Source: Intoshia linei
Taxonomy: Eukaryota; Animalia; Orthonectida
Direction: 5' to 3'
DNA: 40,098 nucleotides
Assembly: GCA_001642005.1 (NCBI GenBank)
Contig: LWCA01000206.1
Location: 1-40,098 of the forward strand
Shown here: positions 10,858-24,469 of the stretch, piece after piece
Layout of the letters: every line of letters begins with the position of its first letter
How positions within the stretch are numbered: position 1 is the first letter of the stretch
The notes under the pieces: generated by a model
What the model was told of the DNA's origin: nothing
Seen by the model: the letters and a program-made list of their open reading frames with translations, nothing else
Databases searched by the model: none
Translations under genes and position numbers: made by a program

Positions 10858-13800
10858 TTATTCTCTTTTTAAATTTCGATACAAATAACAAACAAACAAA
10901 AGAGATGACATTAATGAAATTGTAGACATCATCATAAATAATGTGTAACATACAAGGAATATTTTGGTTAGATACTGGATAAGATGATCTGAATTAATCG
11001 GTTTGTTTATATTCTCGGAAAAGTAGTGACCAACAGCATAAATAAAAACGTATATTGAACTGAATCTAGAGTGGTTAATTAGTATATTATGTATCAAGGC
11101 AAAATTAAATTTAAAAAACTAAACCCACAATTCCATACCGATTGCCACCACCATCTATAGTCTTCTGAATTTAATTGTATGTATGTAAAGGTGATTGAAA
11201 TGCAAATGGCGGCCATATTGGATATTATAAAGGAAATGACCATTATAAAAAATACATTGTGATGAATATAATCTTTTGATTGTAGCATGTAATTTATAAC
11301 TTCAGTGACTTGTGTAAATAAAAGGCTAAATATATTCAAATTTTACTTATTATTTTAAAGTTACCTGAATGTAATCAATCCACCAATAACAGTTAGAGCA
11401 AAGCGAGTTCTACACTTTTTGGTATATGGAATTTGTCTAGGTATTTTATTGACTGCAAACTTTCCAATTATTATATTTTTGCATTTGTATCTTCCCAATA
11501 AACCGCCAAGTAGTAATAGAGGATATGAAACTAAATATTATGTTTGATCAATTCATAAGTCCATGAGTCCTTCAGGGGCAAAAACCCAATTAGCCTTTTT
11601 TTAAATAAAATCAATCCAAAAACTTAAATTCTGGTACGTACTTTAAAATCATCAATATTGTCATACATCTCAGCCTCATAAACGCATACATTCATGATCA
11701 AAGCTACAAATTACTCTGTTTTAAAAATGAAAATGTCCTAAAATGTAATAAAACATAATTTCTAAGGTAGTTTTTAAAATTATATGCATTATCATAAATG
11801 AAAACCTCAAAAAAGTGTATTTTCACTATTAAGACCCAGAGTAATTAATTAATATTATAAATATCCTTACTTATACAGGATGATGGGGTATGTAACGCCC
11901 GATTTTAAATACCGCATAATTTCAGATTCTAAGAAAGTTATACACGGACGACAAATACAAGTGTATAATATAATTGATTAAGAATGTATTTAACAATAAC
12001 AAAGAATAAATGAAAAGTTTCAAGTTTTCATTTTTAAGTTAGATTTTCAACGTGAATTTATTTTTTTGTATAATAAAAATGTGCTCTCAGCAAAGCTAAA
12101 TCCTGTTTGTATGTAGTACATAACAGTAAACCTAGTAATTATATATAATGTTACCCAAAATCCAGAGCAATGAAAGAAACACTAAAACATATCTTGGAGT
12201 TTCCGTAGGATGAGTGATATTATTGAATATCAAAACAAAATAACACGGAACTAAAAACGAATTAAAAAAATCAAATTAATGATATTAATTATTAAATTAC
12301 ATGTAAATAAAATTGACGTCAAATTTAGATTTAAAAGCCACTTTGAGCCTTTCATAATAGCATAAAGTCCACTAGAAATATATCCAGCTATAACTAGAAA
12401 ACATTTTTAAACAGAAACAATCAAAAATTACTTGATGTTAGACAATACAGAATCATTACAGTTGTGTCTATTGAATTGTGATAGTTTGTTACAAATCCGT
12501 TTGATAACCAGAAAAGCACAATAAATAAACCAATCACAAAAAATTGAGTTCCAACGCCTAAATTGTTAAAATGCAAATGATGAGTATATGGCTTTAATCA
12601 GAGTATACATAAAGTTGAAAACCCAACTGCACATTATACATGAACAGAAGTTGTTTTATGGTATCAAACTACGGCGTACACTTTTTTAATCGAAAAATCA
12701 GATGGATAGAACCATACATTAAACTATGCAACGGGTATAGTCTCACAAAAGAGTTATTAAAACTTGACGGACGGGAATGCCCGAGCGTAATTAAAAATTG
12801 ATTTATGTGTATTCATAATAATTGTTAATCGTTTATGTGAATTTATTATTTATTAATATCATTATTAATGTATAAGAAATCCGGTCCCAGTTAAAGAAAT
12901 TGTGGTAACCCCTGCGCTACGCCGTTAAATAAAATTACCCATAATCGAACAAAATAGTATTTTTCGAGTGGGATGTCGAAAAACATCACTACTGATAGTT
13001 CGCCAACCATTATCACCATCGAAAGATTTTGATATTGGTAAATTATGATACCTCAAAAAGTCTTTATTGACAGACCGTTTCTAAATAAATAATTACTGAA
13101 ATCCTGATACCTTGCACATAAAATTGACTATCTGTGTTAGCGTTTAGTTAACAATTTAAGTCCTAGAAATAAAAAAACCAAAAGTCTAATACTATTTTTC
13201 AAGAGTATTGTATTATCCAAAATTTCATTCTTAGAAATAGAGACCTTGAAAGTCAAAAACTCAAATTACTTATTTTTTTAAATCCTGGTTTTAAATTTTA
13301 ATTTTTAAAGGAATCCTAGAATTATACACAATATCACTTTTGGGATGCGTTTTAAAATCGTTAACATTGTCGTTAATCTTAAACCTTAAGACTAACACCC
13401 TCATAGTCTTCAAACCAAAATTAACTTTTTTTTAAAAATAAAAAAAGTCCTAACATTTTATAAAACATAGATTCTGGGATAGTTTTTAAATCATTTACAG
13501 TATCAAATAACACAACCTCAAAAACTTGCCGTTTCACGATAAAAATCCCACATTTAATAATTATTTTAAAATTTTTATAAAAACTTTTTTTAATAAATTA
13601 AATTAAACTCGGATTTTTCTTTCATATAATCATTCAGATAACTAATAAAATCAAAGAAAAGATAATTGTTGACTAATTCAAATGTGATGCACTTATTTTC
13701 AAAAAATATCTGATAAATGAAATAGCAGGATCTCTCTAATTATTTAAACTACAATTTTGTTAACATACAAATCAGTAAATAAAATTACTTAGATAAATTA

Positions 13801-16152
13801 GTAAAATCTTAGAGTTGATTGCATCAAAGACTAGTTGGGCACAACGCAAAAATAAAATATAGTATGAATAAAAAATAGTTAATAAAAATTACCATCACAA
13901 TAAGAACAATTATAAACAATAAAATTGTAAAAATCAGTGAATTTCCAACAGATAACCATTTTCTCTAAATTAAATTTCGTAAATGATGATTATTTTCACT
14001 ATTTGTATTATTTAATAAATGAGTAGTATCCAACCAAAAAGTATACTACTCCTATATTCGACTACTTCGAAAATGTTTTCAAGGAGCGATGAAAAAAATA
14101 TATTGCTAAAGAGGGAGCGACAAAATGATTTTTAGAACCCCAGATGTATATGGTTTCTATTCAATGGGTGATGGTCCACTCTTATGGAACTAATGTTAAA
14201 AACTTAATTTCAAAGCATTTTAATCAAAATACAATATAATGGGTGTATTGTTGTGTGGAAGTATAGGGTTTCTATAATGATAACTAAAAAGTGAGTATAC
14301 CTTATAATTAGCTTTTTGTATTATATCCTTTGTTTCTGTTTTATCACTAAAAATATACATTGATACGAATATGTTTTTATGGTTTAGAGGTTTTGTGGTA
14401 CTTATGACGAACTAGCAGTGCAGTAACTACTGTATCCGAGATCCCTTTTGTGAGGGCCTCGAATAAATTTTAGTAAAATGGGGACATCAATTTACTAAAT
14501 TGAGGATTAAAAAAATTCTTGAATATCATTAGCTAATTTGAGTGTTAAATTTAAAATGTCAACTCAAGGGCCTTAGAGAGGTAGCTATGATTATATGACA
14601 ATACAATTCCTTTGCTAATTTTTCATTTTAGGGGTAGCCACGACCTTGCTAGGTTCGGCTCTGGAAAATATTATCAAACTACGTTAAATCGTTACATAGG
14701 TTAAATTTAACACACGTGAGAATTATTCACGTTATTAATAAAAATTTACTTCATTTTGATAAAATTATGTTTACGTTCACTAATAATAATAAACAATATA
14801 TGATCGATAATGAATAATATTCTAATTTTATTGTATTGTTAAAAAAGGTTATCTTAATTTTCTTTAAAATTTTTCTTGTGGACTACCAGTGGTCCATGTG
14901 TACTACTTTGGGAACAACTGTACTAGTAAGTATAAAACAAGTCATGCTGATAACATCAGGACTGTGGAGTGGGGTTATGGGTCATATGCCTCGGTTTACA
15001 ATCATGAGGGGCCTACTTTTTAATTTATTAATAAATTATTAATAAGCAATGTTGGAAAATTTCTTAAGTGCCAAAATTATCGTATCATAAAATGGTCAAA
15101 TGTAGGGTCTCATTTTTTATAAATTTATTATAAGGGTCTACAATTTCCATCCAACCAGAGCCTACTGATTATTTTCAACGGCCTCGATAACAGTACCAAA
15201 AATGTTATACCAAAAATATACATAAATGGCACCCAAAGAACAGAATAACTGTAATTGATTTTAATTGGATAAGAATCATTGTCTTTAGGAATAATTGTCG
15301 TATAATCTTTTGCTTTATTCTCTTTAATATATGCATTTTTAATCTACATGTATGTATTTACAGATTATATATTTTACACCCGATTCTTCAAACAATAACA
15401 AAAATAATAATATAAATTAAAAGTTAAATTTATAAACCTCACTATCGTCATATTCAAAAACAAAGTCAAAGTGACTGTGTACATGAATCTTGGTTATAGA
15501 AGGAAATCTCATCAATTCCTCAACATATCCAATATTTGTCAATATTTCCGATTGAGAATCTAATAATTTGATAAAAATGTAATTTACATGTTAATAAAAT
15601 TACTATATGAAAAATTAAATTTCATGTTAGTTTCAATGACTTTAATCAACACTTCTTTTTCTTTAATATTGTTTTTTGTCATTTCATAATTACACAACTC
15701 GAAAAGAGTGTAATTGTCTAATATAAAAAATTATACAAGTTAATCTTATATTTTTACGCTTAAATAAAATGTTGTATGTAGTTTGAGCTTTGTATGTTGC
15801 ATGAAATATATCTAATACCGTCAAGTCGTTAAATTTGACCTATAATTTAATTCTTTATAATATACAACAAATTAAAAATCCATTTTGACTAATACACGTT
15901 TGTATTAGTCGTTTATATTTGCATTTATCATTTTACATTATAAATTATCAAAGGCTTACCGATCTAGAGTAACATAAGGGAAGTTGGAAAAAGTGATATT
16001 TTATTGATTTAATTGGATTGTATAGTGCAGAAATATATATAGGTATCTAAATAAATTAATAAAACATTTGTGATTTCGGGAACCTTGTCATCGAATTTAT
16101 AACAACAATACCCAGAGAGTAATACAAGTAAAACGACGTAACACAACTTCAT
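10858..16152 (-). CDS. TM9SF1: Transmembrane 9 superfamily member, TM9SF1-like (more than 12 exons)
   Basis: Signal peptide [14 protein letters not shown]; motifs [30 protein letters not shown] and [13 protein letters not shown]; C-terminal YRNLKRE (KxD/E motif). Confidence 0.88.
14860..14921. mobile_element. hAT (Charlie-like) element end in a TM9SF intron
   Basis: gtggactaccagtggtccatg...tttgggaacaactg resembles the hAT terminus CAGTGGTTCCCAAA in reverse; similar termini occur near 7162, 20832 and 26995. Confidence 0.45.
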
Positions 16153-16447
16153 GACAGGTGTAATGTTATAATAAATAAACTTTTGTTTATTTTATTTATT
16201 TACACAGAATGTTTAATTTATAAAATATAGATTTTTTATATACTTTAGCTATATTGTTTCCTTAGAGTTTTAGTCCATTGATATAACCAGAGTCTAGTTA
16301 CCAGACTGCTATATTTAATGATTAATTTAATATTGATTGAATTATTGTCTAGTCACTTGTAATTTCTAGTCACAATTCTAGGAATTTCGAAAAATATGGA
16401 AAGTTGTATCACTAATAACAATATTTCTATTTGAACTACTTTATATA

Positions 16448-18241
16448 CAGAGTTTTGCACTGATATAAACACTATTGTGCATCTACATAAACCAGTGGCG
16501 ACTCTGGCTAATCAAGATCACTCGGGCTAAAATTTCTATGACAACCACACATTTTTTTTTGAAAATTTCATTTGAAAATAATAAATCGCAGTGTTAAAGT
16601 TATAATGTTTTATCTGCATAAACATAGTTTTTCATAAATCGACTTTAAAGTTTAAAAGTATTATATTGTCTAAAATATAATTTTTATGTTGAAATTTAAT
16701 TATACAATTTAGTTTTTTAATATTTGTTAAAGTATATTGAAAAGTTTCGTACGATAAAAATAAAAACATAAAGGTTTTTCAGAACTTAAATTTCACTATT
16801 GGAACAATCTGTGTAACTATTTGATATTAAAAAATTGCAAATAGAACATTTATACATATTTATTATATAGAAAATGTTAACATTTAATATTTTTATCATC
16901 AAAATTAATTTTTATCAATTTATATGTTTAAATTGTAAAATTCTTTACTCATTGTCCATTTTGATTAACATACTTTTAATGTCTTTCTTTTTAGAATCTA
17001 TGGGGTTATTTTTAATAAGAATTTTATAATTTTGTAAGGAATTATCAAGTCGAGATTTACTAATTGCACCAGTAAATGTTCGTTATATCATAAAATAATA
17101 CGTTTTAAAGCTTAATTTTTTTGGTAAAAATGTAAAGAATATAATTTAAAACATTTTTCATCAAATCTGCACGTGATTGAAAAATAATATTGTTATAGCG
17201 TTGACCAGTTCATTAAGACAAAAAAGATAATGTATTCATCATCCTTGCATGTTTTTGGTGTTGGGTAATTTAATTAACCCAATCTTCACTTTATAAACAT
17301 ATTTTAGTCGAATTTTACCAAAATTCCAAAGTACTGTAACAAATATAAAAATAATATTAACAAAGTTGTTTTAGTTTCGTTGTTTAGTTTCTATTTAAAT
17401 TTTATTAAAAATAAGAATTTAAATTTAAAAATTGCATAGAAATGAATTATATAAATTTTCACCCATATTTCTTTATTGGAAATGTGTAAACGTTCAATGC
17501 TCATTTTTTTTGAAATTGTAAGATCAATATTTACATTTTAGATTTTTATTTTAATCGAAATATTTGAAAAATATTGGTTGATAATATATTAAAAATTATG
17601 TTTTACCGGGAATGCGTAGATTTCTGGGGTTGAAATTTTGTATTTATATCAACTGTAATAACTCTAACAGAATAATGTCTTTTTTTAATTTTCAGACCAT
17701 TAATTATGTCACATTTTTTGTTTTAATAAAATATTTCAGAAAAAAATATATGAATACTAAAATACTAAATTTTACCGTGAAGGCGTCACTTATTAAGATT
17801 GAAATTTTTTATGTGTGTTAACAGAATACAACTATACAACCTGTAAATTTTTTGACATTCTAGGAATGTTTTTATTAAAAAAAGAAGGGTAATTTGTGGT
17901 TTTGGCCCTAAAGAAATATTTTTTTACATTCTTCAACTCGTTTGATTTTCAAAAAAAGGACAATTGGGGTTTTTGACCCGTAAAATGTAAGTTTGAGAGG
18001 TTGAAATTTGTCTTATTATACGTCCCGGAAAAAACTGTAATTGAAATGTGGACTTTATAAATTTCTAAGACTGTTAGTTATTTCAATAAAGTGGTACAGG
18101 CACACAAACAAAAATCGCGTAGCATATTATAGGCTAGGATATAATGCAATACAATCAAAATTTAATATTTCATTTAACTATATTGATTATACTAGTATTT
18201 ATATAGATGTACAATAGTGTTTATATCAGTGCACAACACTG
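16448..18241. mobile_element. TA-flanked TIR element (Tc1/mariner-like) carrying nested insertions
   Basis: ~44-bp TIRs CAGAGTTTTGCACTGATATAAACACTATTGTGCATCTACATAAA (16448-16491) and its near-perfect reverse complement (18198-18241), with TA on both sides. Confidence 0.8.
17400..18140 (-). mobile_element. Helitron-like family copy nested in the TIR element
   Basis: aagggtaatttgtggttttg units and a taccgggaatgcgtagatttctgg segment; the minus-strand 5' end a|TCCTAGCCTATAATA is near 18140. Confidence 0.6.
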
Positions 18242-18570
18242 TAGAAAAGAGTAGAGCCGAATCTATTAAGCTCGATGCCACCCGAAAACGAAAAATAAGC
18301 TCCTACAATTTTTCTCTGACGACGCTTAGTGTCATGTAGTCTCTACCACACCTGTAAATGTATTGACTTGACATTTTATATTGAACACACACAATCGTTA
18401 TGATTAACAATAATATTATTTTTTGTAATGCTTAATTTGGAAAAATAAACCCATTCTACTAAAATTTCCTCGAGACAAACAAAGAGGAATAAAATAAAAA
18501 GAAAATTCACAATTACAAAAACATTGTAAATACATTATTGCAAGTATATTTATTAAATTTATACAAAAAA

Positions 18571-20154
18571 TTAAATGGAAGGATGTGATTTGAAAATAGA
18601 AATATTATGAAGTGGGATCTTGGCAGTTTGCTTGCTGGTAAATTCGACTGGATGTGTTTTTTTATAACTATTCACTAAATCGCACTTTACTGAAAAAGAT
18701 ATATCATACTTGACATTTGGAGATAAATTTTTCGGTTTAACTGGATTAAACAAATATAAACCATCTTTAGCAGCATACAAAACTCTAGTATTTGGATCAT
18801 CTGAGCCTAAAATAATCTTTTTTTTTGGTGGTTTATTAATAACTTTAAAATGAGTTGAACAATTTTTATCATACAAATTTTTTGGAGCATAATGTATATT
18901 AGCAACCCTTTCTACATTTGAAAATAATGGCAAAACTGACGAAAGTTTACCAAATATAATAATTAAAGGCAACATGATAAAAATTGGATAAACACATCCG
19001 ATCCACAAATAAACTGAATGTTCTTGATGTGTAAGATTGCTAATTTTTATAGTACCATTCACACTGATTACTTGAGAAACATTCCATGTTTCAATGCCGT
19101 ATTTTGTAAATAATTGCGTAGAAATGCCTAAAAGTGAATCCGATATAAATGGGTAAATGTTGAATACCATCCAAATACCAGTTAAAATTGATGCATATAT
19201 AGCTGAGCTATTTCTATAAAAATGGTACAATGAAATAACAAATATAATTATAGCGTAGAATCCTGTCAAAACAGCCAATATAAACATGTAAGTGTTCTTT
19301 ACATCATCGTGTGGACTCATTAGACAAATTTTACGATTTGAAGCAAATTCAATGTTTGAAAAATATATTGGACAGATTAATATTAGGTTCAAAACTATAC
19401 ACACAACAAAAATTGTTATAGATTTGCAATAAACTATAGCCGAAAAAAATGCATTTGGCAAAATGTTGTAGTAAATTAAATACAAAAAAAACAAGGTAAT
19501 TGGACACGCCATTAATAGTGGATATAATGTATGTATGGCTAGAATAAACCGGCAAATGTGATTAGATAAAGGCCATTCGTCGTATTGAAAGTACACTATA
19601 CGCAATGGGTCAACTAGTAACAAATGAATAGCATTTGTGTATACAAAAATGTTTGATATGCATCTAAATTCATTATGAGATTGTGCATTAAGCATTATCA
19701 ATACAATATTTACAAGAATCGATACAATGTAAAGTATTACGTACACAAATGTAAATTGGGCACCAAGCGGATAATCGTGCTTGTTGTAAAATTTTGGCAA
19801 TTCTTTCAATACAATTAATGATGTATCGTTGGGCGTGTCTTTGGAATCACTTAACTCTTGAGTAATTTGTTTTTTAACAAATACACCATATTTTTGTTTT
19901 TCATCTTTTGCGGTGTTATTCTTCGTTTTTTTGGGTGGTATATCAATCAATTTTCTAGATTTTTTCCAATTTTCATCATGGGGATTGTTTTTGATGGTTT
20001 TAAGACTGGTTACATTATTATATTCCGAGTCTGAAATTGGTTTTGAATTCAGTCTAGTTGAGTTAAAGTATTTGGTAATTTTGTTTTCGTTAGATTGGAA
20101 AGGTTTAACCGCATTTAAATGGAAAAAGAGTATCAAAATGCAATAAATATCCAT
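18571..20154 (-). CDS. Intronless divergent class A (rhodopsin-like) GPCR, 527 aa
   Basis: Signal peptide, long Lys/Asn-rich N-terminus and seven hydrophobic segments. TM1 Asn (LVNIV), TM2 Pro, ECL1 WPLSNHIC (WxFG..C-like), TM4 ICP and an ECL2 Cys are present. Confidence 0.8.
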   Translation of the reverse strand: MDIYCILILFFHLNAVKPFQSNENKITKYFNSTRLNSKPISDSEYNNVTSLKTIKNNPHDENWKKSRKLIDIPPKKTKNNTAKDEKQKYGVFVKKQITQELSDSKDTPNDTSLIVLKELPKFYNKHDYPLGAQFTFVYVILYIVSILVNIVLIMLNAQSHNEFRCISNIFVYTNAIHLLLVDPLRIVYFQYDEWPLSNHICRFILAIHTLYPLLMACPITLFFLYLIYYNILPNAFFSAIVYCKSITIFVVCIVLNLILICPIYFSNIEFASNRKICLMSPHDDVKNTYMFILAVLTGFYAIIIFVISLYHFYRNSSAIYASILTGIWMVFNIYPFISDSLLGISTQLFTKYGIETWNVSQVISVNGTIKISNLTHQEHSVYLWIGCVYPIFIMLPLIIIFGKLSSVLPLFSNVERVANIHYAPKNLYDKNCSTHFKVINKPPKKKIILGSDDPNTRVLYAAKDGLYLFNPVKPKNLSPNVKYDISFSVKCDLVNSYKKTHPVEFTSKQTAKIPLHNISIFKSHPSI

Positions 20155-21258
20155 TCTATTTCATAACTACATTTCTTTTGTTTATAATTTTGTAAATTCA
20201 TGGTTATTAAACTGATATTACATGCTTGATGCATTGCGTATTTTCAATTTTATTGTAAGATTGCAATTCACAATTTGTACAAAATTTTATTTCTATAATG
20301 GAATTTGATTTTTGTACACTTACTTTGTTTTTTAGAAATTTCCTGACTACATAACAATAGATACAGTATTGAAAAAGTAATGGTGAATGCTTTATAATTC
20401 TGGTAAGGATAATTCATATTATTCATATATCCAGGTTTTAATAAATAAGTGGCACGTTGCATGAACCCTGTTCATTGAACAGTTAAAAAAATGAAAACTT
20501 AGTTTTCATTTCACCTTTGCTTCATTATTGCATACTGTTAATTTAATAATTTGCAAGATATTTAGTAATAAAATGAGTTTTTGATTGGAAATTTGCAAAG
20601 CTATTGGTTGAAATTTACAATAATTATTATTTACAAAGAATACTGTTATAGATTTCAAGTGTTTTAAAATTCGAGAAATCTTAGTTTTGTAAATAAATTG
20701 CTACATAGACACGCTATAAGTAATGTAATATACAGTGATATAGACAGACATGCAGTACGAGTTGGAAAGTGTATGTATATATTTTATCGTTTTAAAAATA
20801 CATATGATGACTGAACAGTGTTCCCTATACCAGTAGTTTCCAAATGGGAGGCTTGGCCCCACCAGGGGGGACTACAGAGTCTGAGGAAACCCGCACATTT
20901 AAGAAAAATTTTAAAATTGAATTAAAATCGTTAACATTAATTTGATTTAGTATTTGATAATTACATTAATTAATATATTCTTGAAATTGAAATTTGATTA
21001 TAATAAAGTTAAATGTTATTAACCTTTACGAGATGATAACATGTATCCAAACAAAAAAGAAACAATCATAACTTTACAATTTTTTGTATACTAGGACATA
21101 GTAACTATGGTTTCGAATATATTAAAGTATGATTTATAAATTATAGACTATAACTAGATTAATTTCGTTAATTCTGTTACATTTATATTTTTTAATTGAA
21201 CTTATCAAATAATTTTTTTGGAAAAATTTATTATTTTAAAATCCATTAGTATATTTTA

Positions 21259-24200
21259 TTAAGTGTTTATCTCTTCTGCCAAATTTTTTAAAAATTGGAA
21301 TGCGTCCAAAACGTTTTCTAAATATAAAATTAATTTAATTAGTAATTAGCATGAGTAATTTGTATTTTTTATCTTTTTGAGCCACTCAAAAGAAATTTTT
21401 CTTACGACAAAATGTGTTATTTACATTCAATGAATATAATTAATTTCCGCTCTAACCTTAGATTTGATCTTGTCTTCAATAGAATGACACATGGGCTAAC
21501 TTCCTCGTGGCTCGATGATATTTAAGGTTTCATGAAAAAAATGTTATTAACAATAATAAAATTAACAGTATGGCTCAAAAATTGATAACATGATTCAGAA
21601 AATAAACAGTACTTTCTCACAAAAAATATATAAATTTACCTTGCATTTCCTTATCGTTATAGGTTTCTTGTTTAGAAACTGGTGTATTGAAATTTTCATT
21701 AAATTTTTTAAATTTAGAATCGTGGATATGATCATTATGGTAATTTGCATGCAAACTAGAATTGCACCTATTATTATTTTTATCAATGTTATAATTTGAT
21801 CTATCAATATCAACATGACACGGAGTCATCTTATCCTGCAAATTTGAAACGCATCTCTGATTATTAAAGTTGGGAACATATCTAAATGGTTTTTGATGCG
21901 GGTAAAATTGGTTTGGTTTATTCTGTAAATTGGATATACATCTATTAACTTTTAGATTTTTTCCGAGATTGGAACGTTCATTGTATTTCGGTACACGATT
22001 GTCATTTCTATAAAACGGTGAATCATTTACACGTTTGTTTTTGGCAGCATCATTCATATTCACAATTTTAGGTGTATACATTGATTTTTGTCTGGAAAGA
22101 GGTAAATTTGAATCGTATCCAGAAAAGTTTGTAAATTGGTTATCCTGACCAAATTTGTGATTAATATTCAATTTTGAATATCGAAATTTATTTACGGGAG
22201 TCTGAACATTTTTAATATTATGGCAATATACTCGATTAACGCATTTATATGAAGTTTCATTCAAATTTTTCGAGATTTTAGAGTTTTTTGAATTTGCATA
22301 GTTGTTTAAAGGTGGATTGTAGTTGGCATTGGTCTTTATTTGCTCATTTATATTTTGGTAATCAGGTATATCAAAACGAATGTTTGATTCCCAAATGAGA
22401 GCATTTTCTTTTGTTTTAATGTTTTCAGGTTTAGCATATACGTTTTCCTTTTTTATTTTTATTTCAGGTTTTATACCAAAGTTTAGGTTTTTATGGTATT
22501 CACTACTTGTTTGAGACACTTGACTGTTTGATTTACCAATAACACTATCACTGTAATCTGCATTATTGGAATTGAATGTGTTTTGTTGTTTGGGTGCGTC
22601 CATTCCTAAAAAATAAATGATATAAATGTAGTAAAGTCTATCATAACATTTATTGACTGTTATATACTTTATACAAAAACTACCTATTTATTATGTGGGG
22701 ATTTGATCTTATCTTGAAAATTCACTTTCTTGAGGTTGCGATTTTAGGAAATGATTATTATTTAAAAAAGTATTATATAATTTATGTTTTATAAGATTCT
22801 GGAATTTTTTTATTTTAAAAAAAAAGGTAATTTTTGGTTTTTACAATGAATATATAAGTTTATAAGACTGAGATTCACGACACTGTAAATGAATTTAAAT
22901 GCGTTCCAGAATGTGTGTTTTTGATAATTTTAGGGTTGATTTTAATTTAAAAAATAAGGGAAATTGGATTTTTGACCCTGAAGAACTCAATTTCTCCAAA
23001 TTAAATTTGCGATAAAATATTCGTCTTGAAGAATTATGTTAAATATGGGTTTTTTTAATTCTAGAACTGTTAATTTTTTATATAAACGGTAACACGCAGA
23101 TATTTAATTTTATATACAATATATTAGTTATTTAGTCAATTGTTATGAATCAGACATAATATGTATTATTATTCAATTAATTTTATAAATCACTAGGTTG
23201 GCTGTTGTGTACTTCGTACAAACAGCACCTAAAACTACTGAGGGTGGGCTTTTATATTTCTACCAAAAAAATAAATTAAAGTATAAAATCTTGCTTAAAA
23301 TACTACAATCACTATTATCAACGATTTAAAAAAAGTGGATCGCAAACTTTTTTCACCATGGACCTGTCATTTCACATCCCCTTCTAATTTAATGTGAATT
23401 GTTCCCTGTTAATTTTATTTAGTCAAAATTTGTGCAAGGAATTTTAGAAACAATTTTTTTAATTAATTAGAGTAAATTAGTGTATAAAATAAAGTAAAAG
23501 CAGTACAATCCTAAAAATTTTAAATAGATATCTTAAATTCCAGAAAAAATAAAATTCTTCACTGGATATAACTGAATCAACCATATTTTTTTAGAATTTT
23601 AAGGACTATTTTTTTTTATTCTTACAAAAAAGGGTAATTGAGGTTTTTGACTTTGAAGGACTCAATGTGTAAAATTAAAATAAGCGATAAAACATCACCA
23701 TCGAAAAACTGTATTAGAAATGAGTATTATTAAAACTCTTCGCCTATTACGTTCTCAAATAAATGGTAACAAATAAATATATAAATAAACCGACATATAC
23801 TTTTACCTAAATTACTTTATATAAATAAGGAAAATTGAAAACGAATAAAATTAAAATTTAATTTAATCTATGCCATTTTTTGGTTAAATAATTATTATAC
23901 AAGAGTAAAATAATCAATATATGTAATAATCAATAACACATATTTTGTATAACCAAAAAAAATTCAAAATGAATGTTTTAAAAATAATTTAAATTGTTTT
24001 GAAGACCGCACTTTCCCCACCTTGTGTACACAAATTAATGTATAAATGAATAAAAGTTGACATTTCTTTGAAATGATAATATCAGATACCAGAACACCTG
24101 TAAACGACACAGCCATTACTTCCCCAACCATAAATTAAAAATACTTTTAAAATCTACGCCCATAAACTAATAACCTATTCTTAGACTCATAAAATTACCA

Positions 24201-24469
24201 TTATGATGGACAGTGTCTTTATAAAATTTATTTATTCGATTTACAGTACAATTGTACCAACGATGGATCATATCACGTTTATTTTCCCAATATTGAAACT
24301 TTTTATCTTCAACAATCTTCTTTTTCTTAGAACTATAAAATGTATAAAAAAGTTGAACATTAAAAGCGTAAAAATTTTACCTGCATAATAAAATAATAAA
24401 AAGTAACATGAGAGTAATAAAAACACATCCGATTGACACACACAAAATGATTTTAGTATCATTGGACAT
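21259..24469 (-). CDS. Orphan single-pass (signal-anchor/type III-like) membrane protein, ~415 aa, with an Asn-rich disordered tail
   Basis: Exons 24469-24381, 24332-24199, 22605-21640 and 21317-21259 are phase-consistent (1248 nt): MSNDTK-IILCVSIGCVFITLMLLFIILLC-SSKKKK...EMQENVLDAFQFLKNLAEEINT*. Confidence 0.72.
22740..23120 (-). mobile_element. Helitron-like family copy
   Basis: Two ~130-bp units (aaaggtaatttttggtttt and aagggaaattggatttttgacc) plus the terminal aaacggtaacacgcagatatttaattttatata. Confidence 0.6.
23193..23820 (-). mobile_element. Non-autonomous Helitron-like element with an intact 3' end
   Basis: On the minus strand, hairpin GCTGTTTGTAC-GAA-GTACACAACAGC is followed by CAAC-CTAG|T (CTAG at 23193-23196); the shared repeat unit is at 23630-23770. 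Confidence 0.7.

Noticed and set aside
22684-22745. Extra coding exon of the orphan membrane gene (QDKIKSPH-like)
   Set aside because: It has a stop in the required frame and no clear acceptor, and the model is phase-consistent without it.
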